Assembly (NCBI GenBank): GCA_041660525.1
Contig: JBAZWD010000009.1
Coordinates: forward strand, 2,829 to 66,828
Reading direction: 5' to 3'
From: Legionellales bacterium
GTDB lineage: Bacteria > Pseudomonadota > Gammaproteobacteria > JABCZS01
DNA length: 64,000 nucleotides
Positions 1-9,570 of this stretch are shown here, piece after piece (position 1 is the first letter of the stretch; each line of letters opens with the position of its first letter). A program made the translations under genes and the position numbers. Under the pieces are notes generated by a model, which was given only the letters and a program-made list of their open reading frames with translations, was not told the DNA's origin and made no database searches.

Positions 1-104
1 CCGGTCAATACCGTATTAGTGAACAACTTAAAGAAACAAGCGCCTGGGAAGGCTCAGCACAAATTTCTTTAGTTGAGGGACACTTGAGAATTGCGCCTTT
101 ATAG
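1..104 (+). CDS. minC: Septum site-determining protein MinC, C-terminal end (partial, runs off window)
   Basis: Frame starting at nt 3 reads GQYRISEQLKETSAWEGSAQISLVEGHLRIAPL then TAG at 102-104. The pattern resembles the MinC C-terminus, and it lies directly upstream of minD-minE. Confidence 0.6.
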   Translation, partial: GQYRISEQLKETSAWEGSAQISLVEGHLRIAPL

Positions 105-140
105 ACAATAATTAACTAACATAATAGAAGGATCTTAACT

Positions 141-959
141 GTGAACAAACAAGCACAAGTCATTGTTGTCACCTCCGGGAAGGGTGGTGTCGGTAAAACT
201 ACAACCAGCGCTGCGATTAGTACTGGTCTTGCCTTACGTAAACATAAAACTGTGGTTATCGATTTCGATGTGGGCTTACGGAACCTGGATTTAATCATGG
301 GTTGCGAGCGTCGCGTCGTATATGACTTTATCAATGTCATCAACAAAGAAGCCAATCTGAATCAAACTTTAATTAAAGATAAACGGGTTGAAGACTTGTA
401 TATTCTGCCTGCTTCTCAAACTCGTGATAAAGATGCCTTAACTCGTGAAGGCGTAGGCGCAATTATCGATGAACTTAAAGAACGTTTTGATTATATTATT
501 TGCGACTCCCCTGCGGGAATTGAAAGTGGTGCTTTAATGGCCATGTATTATGCCGACCATGCCATAGTGGTCACAAATCCTGAAGTTTCTTCGGTGCGTG
601 ACTCTGACCGTATTTTAGGTATTCTATCCAGCCGTGCCCGTCGTGCAGAAATGGGCTTAGATCCGGTTAAAGAATATTTATTACTTACACGCTATTCACC
701 TGAACGTGTTAAACGTGGCGAAATGCTCAGCGTTAAAGACGTGGAAGAAATTTTATCGATACCTTTATTGGGCGTGATTCCTGAATCTAAAGCCGTATTA
801 CGTGCTTCTAACGAAGGAACACCTGTGATATTGGATCAAAACAGTGATGCGGGTAAAGCGTATCAAGACGCGGTTTCACGCTTCTTGGGCGAAAAAACAC
901 CGCACCGCTTTATACAAAGTAAAAACATCCTTGAACGTTTATTTGGAGCAGAAGCATGA
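141..959 (+). CDS. minD: Septum site-determining ATPase MinD
   Basis: GTG start with AAGGA upstream. Deviant Walker [11 protein letters not shown]. Full-length similarity to MinD, followed by minE. Confidence 0.97.
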   Translation: MNKQAQVIVVTSGKGGVGKTTTSAAISTGLALRKHKTVVIDFDVGLRNLDLIMGCERRVVYDFINVINKEANLNQTLIKDKRVEDLYILPASQTRDKDALTREGVGAIIDELKERFDYIICDSPAGIESGALMAMYYADHAIVVTNPEVSSVRDSDRILGILSSRARRAEMGLDPVKEYLLLTRYSPERVKRGEMLSVKDVEEILSIPLLGVIPESKAVLRASNEGTPVILDQNSDAGKAYQDAVSRFLGEKTPHRFIQSKNILERLFGAEA

Positions 960-1222
960 GCCTACTAGACTTTTTTCGCCCTCGCGGACGTGCCAATGCA
1001 TCAGTTGCAAAAGAACGCCTGCAAATTATTGTTGCGCATCAGCGTGGCGGTAAACATCCTGATTATTTACCGATGTTGCAAAAAGAATTGTTAGATGTCA
1101 TTAGTAAATATGTGAAAATTGACAAAGAACAAGTCAAAGTCGCATTGGAACGTGATAATGAGTTTTCGGTTTTAGAATTGAATATTATTTTGCCTGAAGA
1201 GCGTACGGCTCAGACAATTTAA
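956..1222 (+). CDS. minE: Cell division topological specificity factor MinE
   Basis: 88 aa. N-terminus [10 protein letters not shown]...[13 protein letters not shown] is typical of MinE. ATGA overlap with the minD stop. Confidence 0.95.
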   Translation: MSLLDFFRPRGRANASVAKERLQIIVAHQRGGKHPDYLPMLQKELLDVISKYVKIDKEQVKVALERDNEFSVLELNIILPEERTAQTI

Positions 1223-1239
1223 ATAATCTTTATCGGTCG

Positions 1240-1258
1240 GGGCGAAAATCTTTCGCCC
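1240..1258. terminator. Hairpin between convergent minE and vapC (possible bidirectional terminator)
   Basis: GGGCGAAA-ATC-TTTCGCCC, an 8-bp perfect stem. No clear U-run on either side. Confidence 0.4.
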
Positions 1259-1264
1259 TGCACG

Positions 1265-1675
1265 TTAAAAAATAAGTTCTGCACTTGTTTTGCCTGTGAG
1301 CAAACCATCGATATGATCAAAATGTTTATCATAAGTGCACAAACTAGCGCCCTGCTCCATTACTTGTGCACTTATCCAAAGATCATTAGTCGGAATAGGT
1401 TTTCCTTTACGCTTAAGACATGAAAAAATTTCACAATAAAACTGCGCTGTCTGCGCAGACATAGGATATATTTTAACTCGCGGCGAACTTAAAAATTGTT
1501 TTAATTCATGACGATTATTATCTGTTTTGCGTCCCATTTCAAAGCCACTTAATAATTCTCCTAATACAATAGGACTTATGCCTAATGTGTGTGCCTGCTG
1601 AACAATTTCAACAATATTTTTATCACCCAATTTAAAAGCGGTATAGGCATTGGTATCCAAAAAGACCACTTTCAT
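1265..1675 (-). CDS. vapC: PIN-domain toxin VapC
   Basis: 136 aa. PIN acidic residues sit in FLDTN, GELL, TNDLW and YDKHF contexts. 4-nt overlap with the upstream antitoxin gene. Confidence 0.9.
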   Translation of the reverse strand: MKVVFLDTNAYTAFKLGDKNIVEIVQQAHTLGISPIVLGELLSGFEMGRKTDNNRHELKQFLSSPRVKIYPMSAQTAQFYCEIFSCLKRKGKPIPTNDLWISAQVMEQGASLCTYDKHFDHIDGLLTGKTSAELIF

Positions 1676-1926
1676 TCCCAGATTTCCTTATCAATTGATT
1701 CAAAGAAAGTAGAATTATTTTCAAACTCTTGAACATCTTTAGCATCCCAGGTCCCCGCCAAAAAGTCGAGTTCATGATGAATTGGATTTTTACTAGGGCT
1801 ATAGCCAACACCTTGTTCAAGTAGTTTTAGAATGAAGGAATTAACGCTTTTGTCTTGCTGCTTAGCTTGCTGCTTTAATACATCCATCATTTCTGGCGAA
1901 ATCCCTCTCAAATTAAAATTAAGCAT
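1672..1926 (-). CDS. vapB: Ribbon-helix-helix (Arc/CopG-like) antitoxin VapB
   Basis: 84 aa. N-terminal NLRGISPEMMDVLKQQAKQQDKSVNSFILKLLEQ fits an RHH fold. Translationally coupled to vapC. Confidence 0.8.
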   Translation of the reverse strand: MLNFNLRGISPEMMDVLKQQAKQQDKSVNSFILKLLEQGVGYSPSKNPIHHELDFLAGTWDAKDVQEFENNSTFFESIDKEIWE

Positions 1927-1935
1927 ATATAAACC

Positions 1936-1979
1936 TTAATGTGATACCACTATTGTATCATACTATGGTATCACATTAA
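1936..1979. promoter_or_regulatory. Operator-like inverted repeat upstream of vapBC
   Basis: Perfect 14-bp arms TTAATGTGATACCA (1936-1949) and TGGTATCACATTAA (1966-1979), 16 bp apart. Three GTATCA/TGATAC motifs. A minus-strand TACAAT -10-like hexamer (1952-1957) lies between the arms, 10-53 nt upstream of the vapB ATG. Confidence 0.6.
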
Positions 1980-2036
1980 AAGTTTGTCAAGAGAATAAAA
2001 TATCTGATTTATAGATTTAAAGCTATGGTGAAGTCT

Positions 2037-2225
2037 CTATGCTTTATGTATGATTTTGTTTACATCGTGATCCAAGCATTTATTTAATTCAGGTGGTAAT
2101 TCATCAAAATCATCCGCAATATGTATTTGTCCTTTCCATAAACCCAATTGTCGAGGCTGCTTAGGCGGTTCATAAGCAATAACTTGTGCCACGGGTTTAC
2201 CAGCTTTGCATAGAATAACTTTCAT
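2037..2225 (-). pseudogene. N-terminally truncated Phd/YefM-type antitoxin remnant, no partner toxin
   Basis: The 62-aa ORF starts at ...VILCKAGKPVAQVI and ends with the LGLWKGQIHIADDFDELPPE motif typical of this antitoxin class. About 25 N-terminal residues are missing. Its ATG overlaps the pmbA stop (ATGA). Confidence 0.5.
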
Positions 2226-3544
2226 TCCCCAGCCACCATCATTTTACCGAGTAGCACAGAACCTGTTAGAATATTCATGCGTGTATCCACATCATTGGCA
2301 ACTGTCTGTATATTGGCAAACATATCTCGCAAATTACCTGCTATCGTAATTTCATGCACGGGATATTGAATCTCGCCATTTTCTATCCAAAAACCAGTCA
2401 CACCGCGTGAATAATCACCGGTTAAAATATTAACACCCTGCCCCATTAATTCCGTGACATAAAGCCCAGTTCCCATTTTTTTAAACAATGCCGCTAAATT
2501 TAAATCGCTACTCGCTATGGTTAAATTATGAACGCCGCTCGCATTACCTGTTGGGGTTAGATTTAATTTACGCGCAGCATAGCTGTCTAAAATATAAGAC
2601 GTTAAAATACCATTGCGTACAAAATCTTGCGCACGTGTTGCAAGCCCTTCACCGTCAAATGGTGCACTACCAATTGCGCCTTTGATATGTGGGTTTTCAT
2701 GAATATGAATAAAATCTGGAAATATTTTTTGTTGTAAATGATCACACAAAAATGAAGCGTTGCGGTATAAACTATCACCAGAAATTGCTGCTAATAAATG
2801 TCCCCATAATGTACTGGCTATTTCTGCTGCAAAAATTATTGGATATTGTCCGGTTTTAACCCGCTTAGCATTTAATTTCTCTATGGTGCGCTGCGCAGCG
2901 ATTTCACCCACCGTCTTAGCGTTTTGCAATAATGCTGCATTACGTGAAGTGGTATACCAATAATCTCTTTGCATGTCCTGCTGTTTTGCGATTGCAACGC
3001 AAGACAAACCATGGCGGCTGCTTAAATAACTGCCCATAAAACCATGACTATTGGTATAAACGCTACAACTAGTGCGCGTTGAAAGACTTGCACCATCAGA
3101 ATTACTAATGCGTTTATCATAATTTAAGGCTGCTGCTTCGCAAGTTTTTGCAAGTGTGATCGCATCCACCACTTCCAAATTCCACGGATGATACAAATCT
3201 AAATCGGGATAATCTTTTGCCATATAACGTGCATCTGCAAGTCCTGCAAAACTATCTTCTTGCGTCACATTCGCCATATCACAGGCAATTTTGACCGCAG
3301 ATTCAATACTCAAGACACTTAAATCACTGGTACTCGCTATGCCTTTACGTTGACCTTTATAGACTTCAATATCAATACCTTGATCGCGATTAAAACTAAT
3401 CGTATCCACTTCACCTAAACGCACCTTTACTTCATAACCTGCGCTTTTTTGTGCAGAAACTTGTGCGCTAGTGGCACCCAAAGCTTGGGCTTGTTTTAAT
3501 GCGTCTTGCGTTAAATGTTTTAAATTTTCTACTTCTAACTGCAT
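2222..3544 (-). CDS. pmbA: Metalloprotease PmbA (TldE)
   Basis: 440 aa with full-length PmbA/TldE-like sequence, adjacent to tldD. Confidence 0.93.
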   Translation of the reverse strand: MQLEVENLKHLTQDALKQAQALGATSAQVSAQKSAGYEVKVRLGEVDTISFNRDQGIDIEVYKGQRKGIASTSDLSVLSIESAVKIACDMANVTQEDSFAGLADARYMAKDYPDLDLYHPWNLEVVDAITLAKTCEAAALNYDKRISNSDGASLSTRTSCSVYTNSHGFMGSYLSSRHGLSCVAIAKQQDMQRDYWYTTSRNAALLQNAKTVGEIAAQRTIEKLNAKRVKTGQYPIIFAAEIASTLWGHLLAAISGDSLYRNASFLCDHLQQKIFPDFIHIHENPHIKGAIGSAPFDGEGLATRAQDFVRNGILTSYILDSYAARKLNLTPTGNASGVHNLTIASSDLNLAALFKKMGTGLYVTELMGQGVNILTGDYSRGVTGFWIENGEIQYPVHEITIAGNLRDMFANIQTVANDVDTRMNILTGSVLLGKMMVAGE

Positions 3545-3907
3545 TTATTTTTTCTCGTTAAATTTTAATGCGACAGAATTAATACAATAACGTAAACCCG
3601 TCGGTTGTGGGCCATCGTCAAATACGTGACCTAAATGTGCACCACAATGCGGACATTGTACTTCCGTACGCAATTGCCCAATTTTCGTATCGGACTTTTC
3701 AGATAAGGGTTTTTCGGTTTGCCAAAAACTCGGCCAGCCGCTGCCAGAATCATATTTTTTATCAGATAAAAATAATAATTCACCGCAGACGACGCAATGG
3801 TATTCGCCTTCATGGTGATTATTAACATACTCGCCAGTAAAGGGTTTTTCAGTGCCGCCTTCTTGCGTGACATGAAATTGCTCAGGTGTTAAATGATCTT
3901 TATTCAT
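3545..3907 (-). CDS. msrB: Peptide-methionine (R)-S-oxide reductase MsrB
   Basis: 120 aa. Two CxxC zinc motifs ([22 protein letters not shown]) and the catalytic RYCINS. Confidence 0.95.
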   Translation of the reverse strand: MNKDHLTPEQFHVTQEGGTEKPFTGEYVNNHHEGEYHCVVCGELLFLSDKKYDSGSGWPSFWQTEKPLSEKSDTKIGQLRTEVQCPHCGAHLGHVFDDGPQPTGLRYCINSVALKFNEKK

Positions 3908-5343
3908 GCAGTGCCTCCAACAGTTAATTCATCCACTTTTAAGGTAGGTTGGCCGACGCCAACCGGAACACTTTGTCCTGCTTTTCCACAAACGCCTATA
4001 CCGGAATCTAATTGTAAATCATTACCCACCATCGAAACTTTTGTTAACACATCAGGGCCATTACCAATTAATGTCGCGCCTTTTACAGGGCGTGTGATTT
4101 TTCCATCTTCAATCAGGTACGCTTCACTGCTGGAAAACACAAATTTACCCGAAGTAATATCCACTTGGCCGCCCGCAAAATTAACTGCATAAATGCCTTT
4201 TTTTACAGATTTAATAATTTCTTGTGGGTCGTGTGGTCCTGGTAACATATAAGTATTAGTCATGCGTGGCATAGGAATATGCGCATAAGATTCACGGCGT
4301 GCATTACCAGTGACCGGCATGCCCATTAATTTAGCATTGAGTTTATCTTGCATATAACCTTTTAAAATGCCATTTTCGATTAATGTTGTGCATTGCGTGG
4401 GTGTGCCTTCATCATCGATATTCAATGAACCGCGACGACCTGGCATTGCACCATTATCAACTATCGTGCATAAAGGCGCAGCAACACGCTCACCAATACG
4501 ATCATGAAATGCGGAACTTTTTTTACGATTAAAATCACCTTCTAAACCATGTCCGATTGCTTCATGCAATAAAACTCCTGGCCAACCTGCACCTAATACT
4601 ACGGGCATATTACCTGCGGGCGCATCAATAGCTTCTAGATTAACACTCGCTTGTCGTATGGCTTCTTTTGCATAATGGCTGAGCAATTCAGGGGTGAAAA
4701 AACCATAATCTGCACGACCACCACCGCCGCTTGAGCCACGTTCACGGCGTTTTTTATCTTGCATCGTAACTTGAATACTGCAACGCACAAGTGGGCGTAC
4801 ATCTGCAATTAATTCCCCAGTATTATTGACGATTAATACTATCGTGTAAGAACCCGATAAACTCGCCACCACTTCTGTGACGCGATGATCAAGACTACGC
4901 GCAGTTTGATCGAGCTGTTGTAATAAATTAATTTTTTGTGTTTGGGTTAAGGTATTTAAAGGATCTTCGCTGGGATATAAATTATGCGCGAGTGATTGTT
5001 TATGCCAAGCTTTTAAAGGTAAACCCGTATCCAAAGTTAAAATACTACGCGCCGCGCTGGCGGCTTGTTGTAGCGCAGGTAAAATAATTTCATCTGAATA
5101 GGCAAAGCCGGTTTTTTCGCCACTTTGTACGCGAACACCGACGCCTTTATCGCTGTGAAAACTTGCATCTTTAACAATGCTATCTTCCAGTACCCATGAT
5201 TCATGACGCGCAGCTTGAAAATATAAATCGGCCATATCAATATGACGGCCTAACATTTGATGCAATACAGTAATCACATTTTTTTCATCAAGACCATTTT
5301 GTTCTAACAAAACTTTTTCGGCTAAAGCCAAATGCATATTCAT
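3904..5343 (-). CDS. tldD: Metalloprotease TldD
   Basis: 479 aa. [11 protein letters not shown] (HExxxH) motif and a glycine-rich SSGGGGR loop. Confidence 0.95.
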   Translation of the reverse strand: MNMHLALAEKVLLEQNGLDEKNVITVLHQMLGRHIDMADLYFQAARHESWVLEDSIVKDASFHSDKGVGVRVQSGEKTGFAYSDEIILPALQQAASAARSILTLDTGLPLKAWHKQSLAHNLYPSEDPLNTLTQTQKINLLQQLDQTARSLDHRVTEVVASLSGSYTIVLIVNNTGELIADVRPLVRCSIQVTMQDKKRRERGSSGGGGRADYGFFTPELLSHYAKEAIRQASVNLEAIDAPAGNMPVVLGAGWPGVLLHEAIGHGLEGDFNRKKSSAFHDRIGERVAAPLCTIVDNGAMPGRRGSLNIDDEGTPTQCTTLIENGILKGYMQDKLNAKLMGMPVTGNARRESYAHIPMPRMTNTYMLPGPHDPQEIIKSVKKGIYAVNFAGGQVDITSGKFVFSSSEAYLIEDGKITRPVKGATLIGNGPDVLTKVSMVGNDLQLDSGIGVCGKAGQSVPVGVGQPTLKVDELTVGGTA

Positions 5344-5362
5344 TCATTACCACCATTTAAAA

Positions 5363-5388
5363 TTCGCCCCCTCTTTCAAGGGGGCGAA
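5363..5388 (-). terminator. Rho-independent terminator after comEA
   Basis: 10-bp stem TTCGCCCCCT / AGGGGGCGAA with a 6-nt loop. On the minus strand it is followed by TTTTAAA. Confidence 0.6.
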
Positions 5389-5408
5389 GCATCGTCTAGC
5401 GTTTAAAA

Positions 5409-5681
5409 CTAATCAACAGCTAACATATCACGATTTCGCGCTAAAGTCGCATCTCCAATACCGTTAACCTCAAGCAAATCTTCGACCTGTTCAAACGCAC
5501 CATTTTGCTCACGGTAAGCAACTATCGCTTCTGCACGTGTTTGCCCGACACCTTTCATTTGCTGCAGCTCTTCTACGGACGCCGTATTAATATTAATCGG
5601 TGCCAGATCTTCTGCATAAGCATTAGAAAAAATAGAAACCAAACACACTATCGATAAGAAAAAACGTTTAACAACTTTCAT
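5409..5681 (-). CDS. comEA: ComEA-family helix-hairpin-helix DNA-binding protein (secreted)
   Basis: 90 aa. Signal peptide, then ININTASVEELQQMKGVGQTRAEAIVAYREQNG...VNGIGDATL (tandem HhH). Confidence 0.85.
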   Translation of the reverse strand: MKVVKRFFLSIVCLVSIFSNAYAEDLAPININTASVEELQQMKGVGQTRAEAIVAYREQNGAFEQVEDLLEVNGIGDATLARNRDMLAVD

Positions 5682-5710
5682 TGAATTAACTCCTGCATAT
5701 AACTAAATTG

Positions 5711-5726
5711 CCCCGCGGATGCGGGG
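5711..5726 (-). terminator. Short GC hairpin after the host-attachment-like gene
   Basis: CCCCGC-GGAT-GCGGGG. Only a weak T-run follows on the minus strand. Confidence 0.4.
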
Positions 5727-5777
5727 CCCCAAGTCTTCAATGATAAGGAGATTGTTTTAAAAAATCAATAATGTTTT

Positions 5778-6218
5778 TTATTTATGTTCAAATTCGATCA
5801 CATGTGCATATAATTCATGTAAAGGTATACGCATATAATCTTTTTGAATGATTTTATGGATCATGTCTATCACGTGCGGATCTAATTCTTTGGATAATAT
5901 GCCATGAAAATGTGGGCTCACCACTAATACCAAGCGTTCAAAGGCATGATTAACGCGCCCGGACTCTAATGCTTTTGCAATAGTACGCGCGAATTGTTGT
6001 AATTCTACGGCTTTAGGACTAGTGTGTTCAAAGCTCTCAGAATGACCGTGCATAGGATCATCAAATTGACCAGGCTTATCAAAACCGATTTCACCGTCTT
6101 TTAAGCGACCTTCAGGGTTTTCAAGTTCTTTAATCAGAACCAATTCACCTTTAATTTGCCCTAAAGCGTAAATATTAGCTCTAGTCGTATCTGCCGCCAA
6201 AACCCAAGTAATGCTCAT
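5778..6218 (-). CDS. Host-attachment-family protein (Host_attach-like)
   Basis: 146 aa. The pattern WVLAADTTRANIY...DKPGQ...FARTIAKAL...LVLVVSPHFHGIL matches my recollection of that family. Confidence 0.6.
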   Translation of the reverse strand: MSITWVLAADTTRANIYALGQIKGELVLIKELENPEGRLKDGEIGFDKPGQFDDPMHGHSESFEHTSPKAVELQQFARTIAKALESGRVNHAFERLVLVVSPHFHGILSKELDPHVIDMIHKIIQKDYMRIPLHELYAHVIEFEHK

Positions 6219-6286
6219 AGTAGTTCCTTAACATAAAGATAATTTAGTTAAAAAAGTATAGTAACTATGGGGAGAACGGCAAGATT

Positions 6287-6363
6287 TGGTGCGCCCGGAG
6301 AGATTCGAACTCCCGACCATCTGGTTCGTAGCCAGGTACTCTATCCAACTGAGCTACGGGCGC
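6287..6363 (-). tRNA. tRNA-Arg (anticodon ACG)
   Basis: Reverse complement GCGCCCGTAGCTCAGTTGGATAGAGTACCTGGCTACGAACCAGATGGTCGGGAGTTCGAATCTCTCCGGGCGCACCA. Close to E. coli tRNA-Arg(ACG). CCA is encoded. Confidence 0.95.
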
Positions 6364-6388
6364 ATATTTGAAGAAACATAGTGTAACA

Positions 6389-6478
6389 CGGAGAGAGAGG
6401 GATTCGAACCCTCGATGAGGATAAAAGCCCCATACTCCCTTAGCAGGGGAGCGCCTTCAGCCACTCGGCCATCTCTCC
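6389..6478 (-). tRNA. tRNA-Ser (anticodon GCT)
   Basis: Reverse complement GGAGAGATGGCCGAGTGG...CTCCCCTGCTAAGGGAG...GGGTTCGAATCCCTCTCTCTCCG. Long variable arm. CCA is not encoded. Confidence 0.95.
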
Positions 6479-6500
6479 TATGAAGGTGGATCATACACAG

Positions 6501-7214
6501 TTAAGCGCTCAAAAACAAACCCCTAGTCGATAAAGGACGTGGTCCTAAATAAACATGTAGCGTTTGTCTTAATAGTTGTCTGGCTTGCTTTTGAACCAAA
6601 GGATCTGCAAGATTATTTTGCGCTAAATCCAATAAACTTTTTCCTGAAAAAACATAATCTTTAGTTGTGTTTTCGTCAATACGTACCGGGCCTTTTTCTA
6701 ATAAATAAATATATTGCGCATCTGGCTCGATTACTTCACCGGTATGCGCATCATGGCTTAAATTTAATTCATAGCCTAAAGCGCTTAATAAATTTTTTTC
6801 AAATAATCTTAAACAAATCCATAAATCATGTTTATTGCGTAATGCTTGAATAATTTTTTCATAGGCTTCAAATAAAAAATCACACGGCGCTTCTTTTAAT
6901 AATAAACGCATCAATAATTCGTTAACATACAAGCCAGCAAATAAATAATCACCTTGTAATAAAACTTGTTGATGAATAACTTCTGCGCAGGTTAATGTTT
7001 TTAATTCATGCTTACCCACTGTATTAATCATCAGAGGAATAAAAGGTTGTAATATGCCGCGGTAACTGGATTTAGGGCGTTTTGCACCTTTGGCAATAAC
7101 ACTGATACGGCCTTGTGGTGTTAACAATTCAACCAAAAGACTTGTTTCTTGATAAGGGCGCGTGTGTAATACGTAAGCCGCTTGTTCTGTGGTTTTAAGA
7201 TTCATCCTGATCAT
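6501..7214 (-). CDS. recO: DNA repair protein RecO
   Basis: AYVLHTRPYQETSLLVELLT matches the RecO N-terminus. Position follows era as in E. coli. The start may instead be the ATG at 7205. Confidence 0.9.
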   Translation of the reverse strand: MIRMNLKTTEQAAYVLHTRPYQETSLLVELLTPQGRISVIAKGAKRPKSSYRGILQPFIPLMINTVGKHELKTLTCAEVIHQQVLLQGDYLFAGLYVNELLMRLLLKEAPCDFLFEAYEKIIQALRNKHDLWICLRLFEKNLLSALGYELNLSHDAHTGEVIEPDAQYIYLLEKGPVRIDENTTKDYVFSGKSLLDLAQNNLADPLVQKQARQLLRQTLHVYLGPRPLSTRGLFLSA

Positions 7215-8100
7215 TATAACCTAAGCTGTTTAAAGCACGGGCACTGTCAGCCCAATTAGCAAATACTTTCACCCACAACTTGAGCATAACTTTGGTATTG
7301 AATAAACGCTCGAGCGCAATTCTTGATTGTGTTCCCATAGCTTTTAAGCGTGATCCCTGCTTGCCTATGACTATGGGTTTTTGACTGTCACGTTCGACCC
7401 AAATAATAGCACTAATGGTTAATAATTCAGGTTGTTTATCAAACAACTCTATCGCCACTGTTGTCGCATAAGGCAGCTCTTGCCCTAAGCCACGAATTAA
7501 TTTTTCGCGTATAACTTCACTGGCTAAAAAACGCTCGCTGCGATCGGTTTTATCAGTTTCACCAAAAAAATAATGTTCTGTTTCGGGTAAATATTTTAAG
7601 ATACAAGTTTCAAGCTGGGTTAAATGATAACCCGTGCGTGCAGATAAAGGCATGATGTCTGAAAAGTTATATTGGCCTGAAAGTTTTAGCAAATGCGGCA
7701 ATAACACTTCTTTGTTAATTAATAAATCAACTTTGTTTACCGCTAAAATAACCGGGACTTTTATTTTTTTTAATTGCCGTAAAACCCATTCATCGCCTGC
7801 ATTAAAAAATAAACCTTCAACCACAAATACGATAACATCCACATCATGCAGCGCGCTCAGCGCAGTTTTATTCATGAATTGATTCAGTTTATAAGGTGCT
7901 TGTTGATGAATGCCAGGTGTATCGACATACACAATCTGGGCATGTTCTAAATTTTTAATGCCCAGAATTTTATGACGTGTGGTTTGCGGTTTGCGCGAAG
8001 TAATGGATAATTTTTCGCCTAATAAATGATTCAATAAGGTGGATTTACCCACATTAGGTCGACCAATAATGGCCACATAACCGGTACGCTTATTGCTCAT
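7195..8100 (-). CDS. era: GTPase Era
   Basis: GRPNVGKST, DTPG and NKVD motifs, with a C-terminal KH domain. Confidence 0.97.
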   Translation of the reverse strand: MSNKRTGYVAIIGRPNVGKSTLLNHLLGEKLSITSRKPQTTRHKILGIKNLEHAQIVYVDTPGIHQQAPYKLNQFMNKTALSALHDVDVIVFVVEGLFFNAGDEWVLRQLKKIKVPVILAVNKVDLLINKEVLLPHLLKLSGQYNFSDIMPLSARTGYHLTQLETCILKYLPETEHYFFGETDKTDRSERFLASEVIREKLIRGLGQELPYATTVAIELFDKQPELLTISAIIWVERDSQKPIVIGKQGSRLKAMGTQSRIALERLFNTKVMLKLWVKVFANWADSARALNSLGYNDQDES

Positions 8101-8773
8101 TATTTTTTAATGCAGCTAAAGTCATAGTTGCTGCGGCTTGCTCTGCTGCGCGGCGCGAGCGGCCTATGCCTTGGGGGCGTTCGTGTAAAATTTGTACTTC
8201 GCATTCTACACAAAACTCTTGTTCATGCGGTTGACCTTTAATCGATAGAATACGGTAAACAGGTAAAGGCAATTTACGCGCTTGTACATATTCTTGTAAT
8301 AATGTTTTGGGATCTTTTTGCGATTCGTCTAATTTAATATAATCCAAACGTGTGGCATACCAGTTATAAACACAATCTTGGCATTTGTTGATATTGGAAT
8401 CTAAAAAAATTCCAGCAATAATGGCTTCAACCGCATCCGCTAAAATCGATGGGCGTCTTGCGCCGCCGCTTTTTAGCTCGCCCACGCCTAAATGTAAATA
8501 ATCTGCAATTGATAATTCATCCGCAATTTCACATAAGGTTTGCTGATTCACCAGGCTCGCACGCAAACGGGTTAATTGACCTTCACTGGCTTCTGGAAAT
8601 CGTTCAAACAAAGCTTGCGCAATGATAAAATTAAGGATGGCATCGCCTAAAAATTCAAAGCGTTCATTATTGCTACCGGGCATACTACGATGCGAAAGTG
8701 CTTGCTGCAGTAATTCCGGCTGTTTAAATAAATACCCTAAACTTCTTGATAGCGCGATATGATCGACTGCCAT
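8090..8773 (-). CDS. rnc: Ribonuclease III
   Basis: NERFEFLGDAIL signature and a C-terminal dsRBD. Confidence 0.97.
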   Translation of the reverse strand: MAVDHIALSRSLGYLFKQPELLQQALSHRSMPGSNNERFEFLGDAILNFIIAQALFERFPEASEGQLTRLRASLVNQQTLCEIADELSIADYLHLGVGELKSGGARRPSILADAVEAIIAGIFLDSNINKCQDCVYNWYATRLDYIKLDESQKDPKTLLQEYVQARKLPLPVYRILSIKGQPHEQEFCVECEVQILHERPQGIGRSRRAAEQAAATMTLAALKNNEQ

Positions 8774-8781
8774 AATGCCTC

Positions 8782-9558
8782 CTATTTAATGCTTCTGCCT
8801 ATACGTGAGAATCGAACTCGGTAATCTTCTGAATCCCAGCTCATCCAAAGTCCAAATGCTTTACCGATAATATTAACTTCCGGTACAAAGCCCCAAAAAC
8901 GACTGTCATCGCTTTCATCACGATTATCGCCCATTACAAAATAATGTCCATCTGGAACCGTCAAAGAGATACTTTGACCCGGCCCGATATGTTCATAAAT
9001 ATCATGGGGCGCACCAGGCATTTCTTCTAGGAAACGCTGCATGGGGTAAGTATCCCCATCAGGTGAAGTTTGCGATTCAGTTTGAAGTAACGTTTTTGGA
9101 ATGAGCTCGCCATTAATAAATAATTGTTTATTTTGATAAATAATTTTATCACCGGGCAAACCAATAACGCGTTTAATAAAATTAATTTTTGGATCGGGCG
9201 GGAAACGAAACACCATCACATCGCCACGCTCGGGCTCATTGAATTCAACAACTTTGGCATTCAATATCGGCAGGCGAATACCGTAAGTAAATTTATTCAC
9301 AACAATAAAATCACCTACTAATAACGTAGGTTTCATGGATCCAGAAGGAATACGATAAGGTTCGATCACAAAAGAACGTAATAAAAATACAAAAATCAGT
9401 ATAGGGAAAAAAGATCGCGCATAATCCACGACTAGTGGTTCTTTAGCATGTGGATGTTTAGCAAGACGTGCTTTTTTAAAGAATTGCGTATCAATAAGCC
9501 ATATTACGCCCGATAGGATAATTGCAAAAAATAATAACGCTGAAAAATCCCAAATCAT
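8782..9558 (-). CDS. lepB: Signal peptidase I
   Basis: SGSMKPTL serine box and GDNRDESDDSR box E. Confidence 0.95.
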   Translation of the reverse strand: MIWDFSALLFFAIILSGVIWLIDTQFFKKARLAKHPHAKEPLVVDYARSFFPILIFVFLLRSFVIEPYRIPSGSMKPTLLVGDFIVVNKFTYGIRLPILNAKVVEFNEPERGDVMVFRFPPDPKINFIKRVIGLPGDKIIYQNKQLFINGELIPKTLLQTESQTSPDGDTYPMQRFLEEMPGAPHDIYEHIGPGQSISLTVPDGHYFVMGDNRDESDDSRFWGFVPEVNIIGKAFGLWMSWDSEDYRVRFSRIGRSIK

Positions 9559-9570
9559 TCAATCTCTCCT

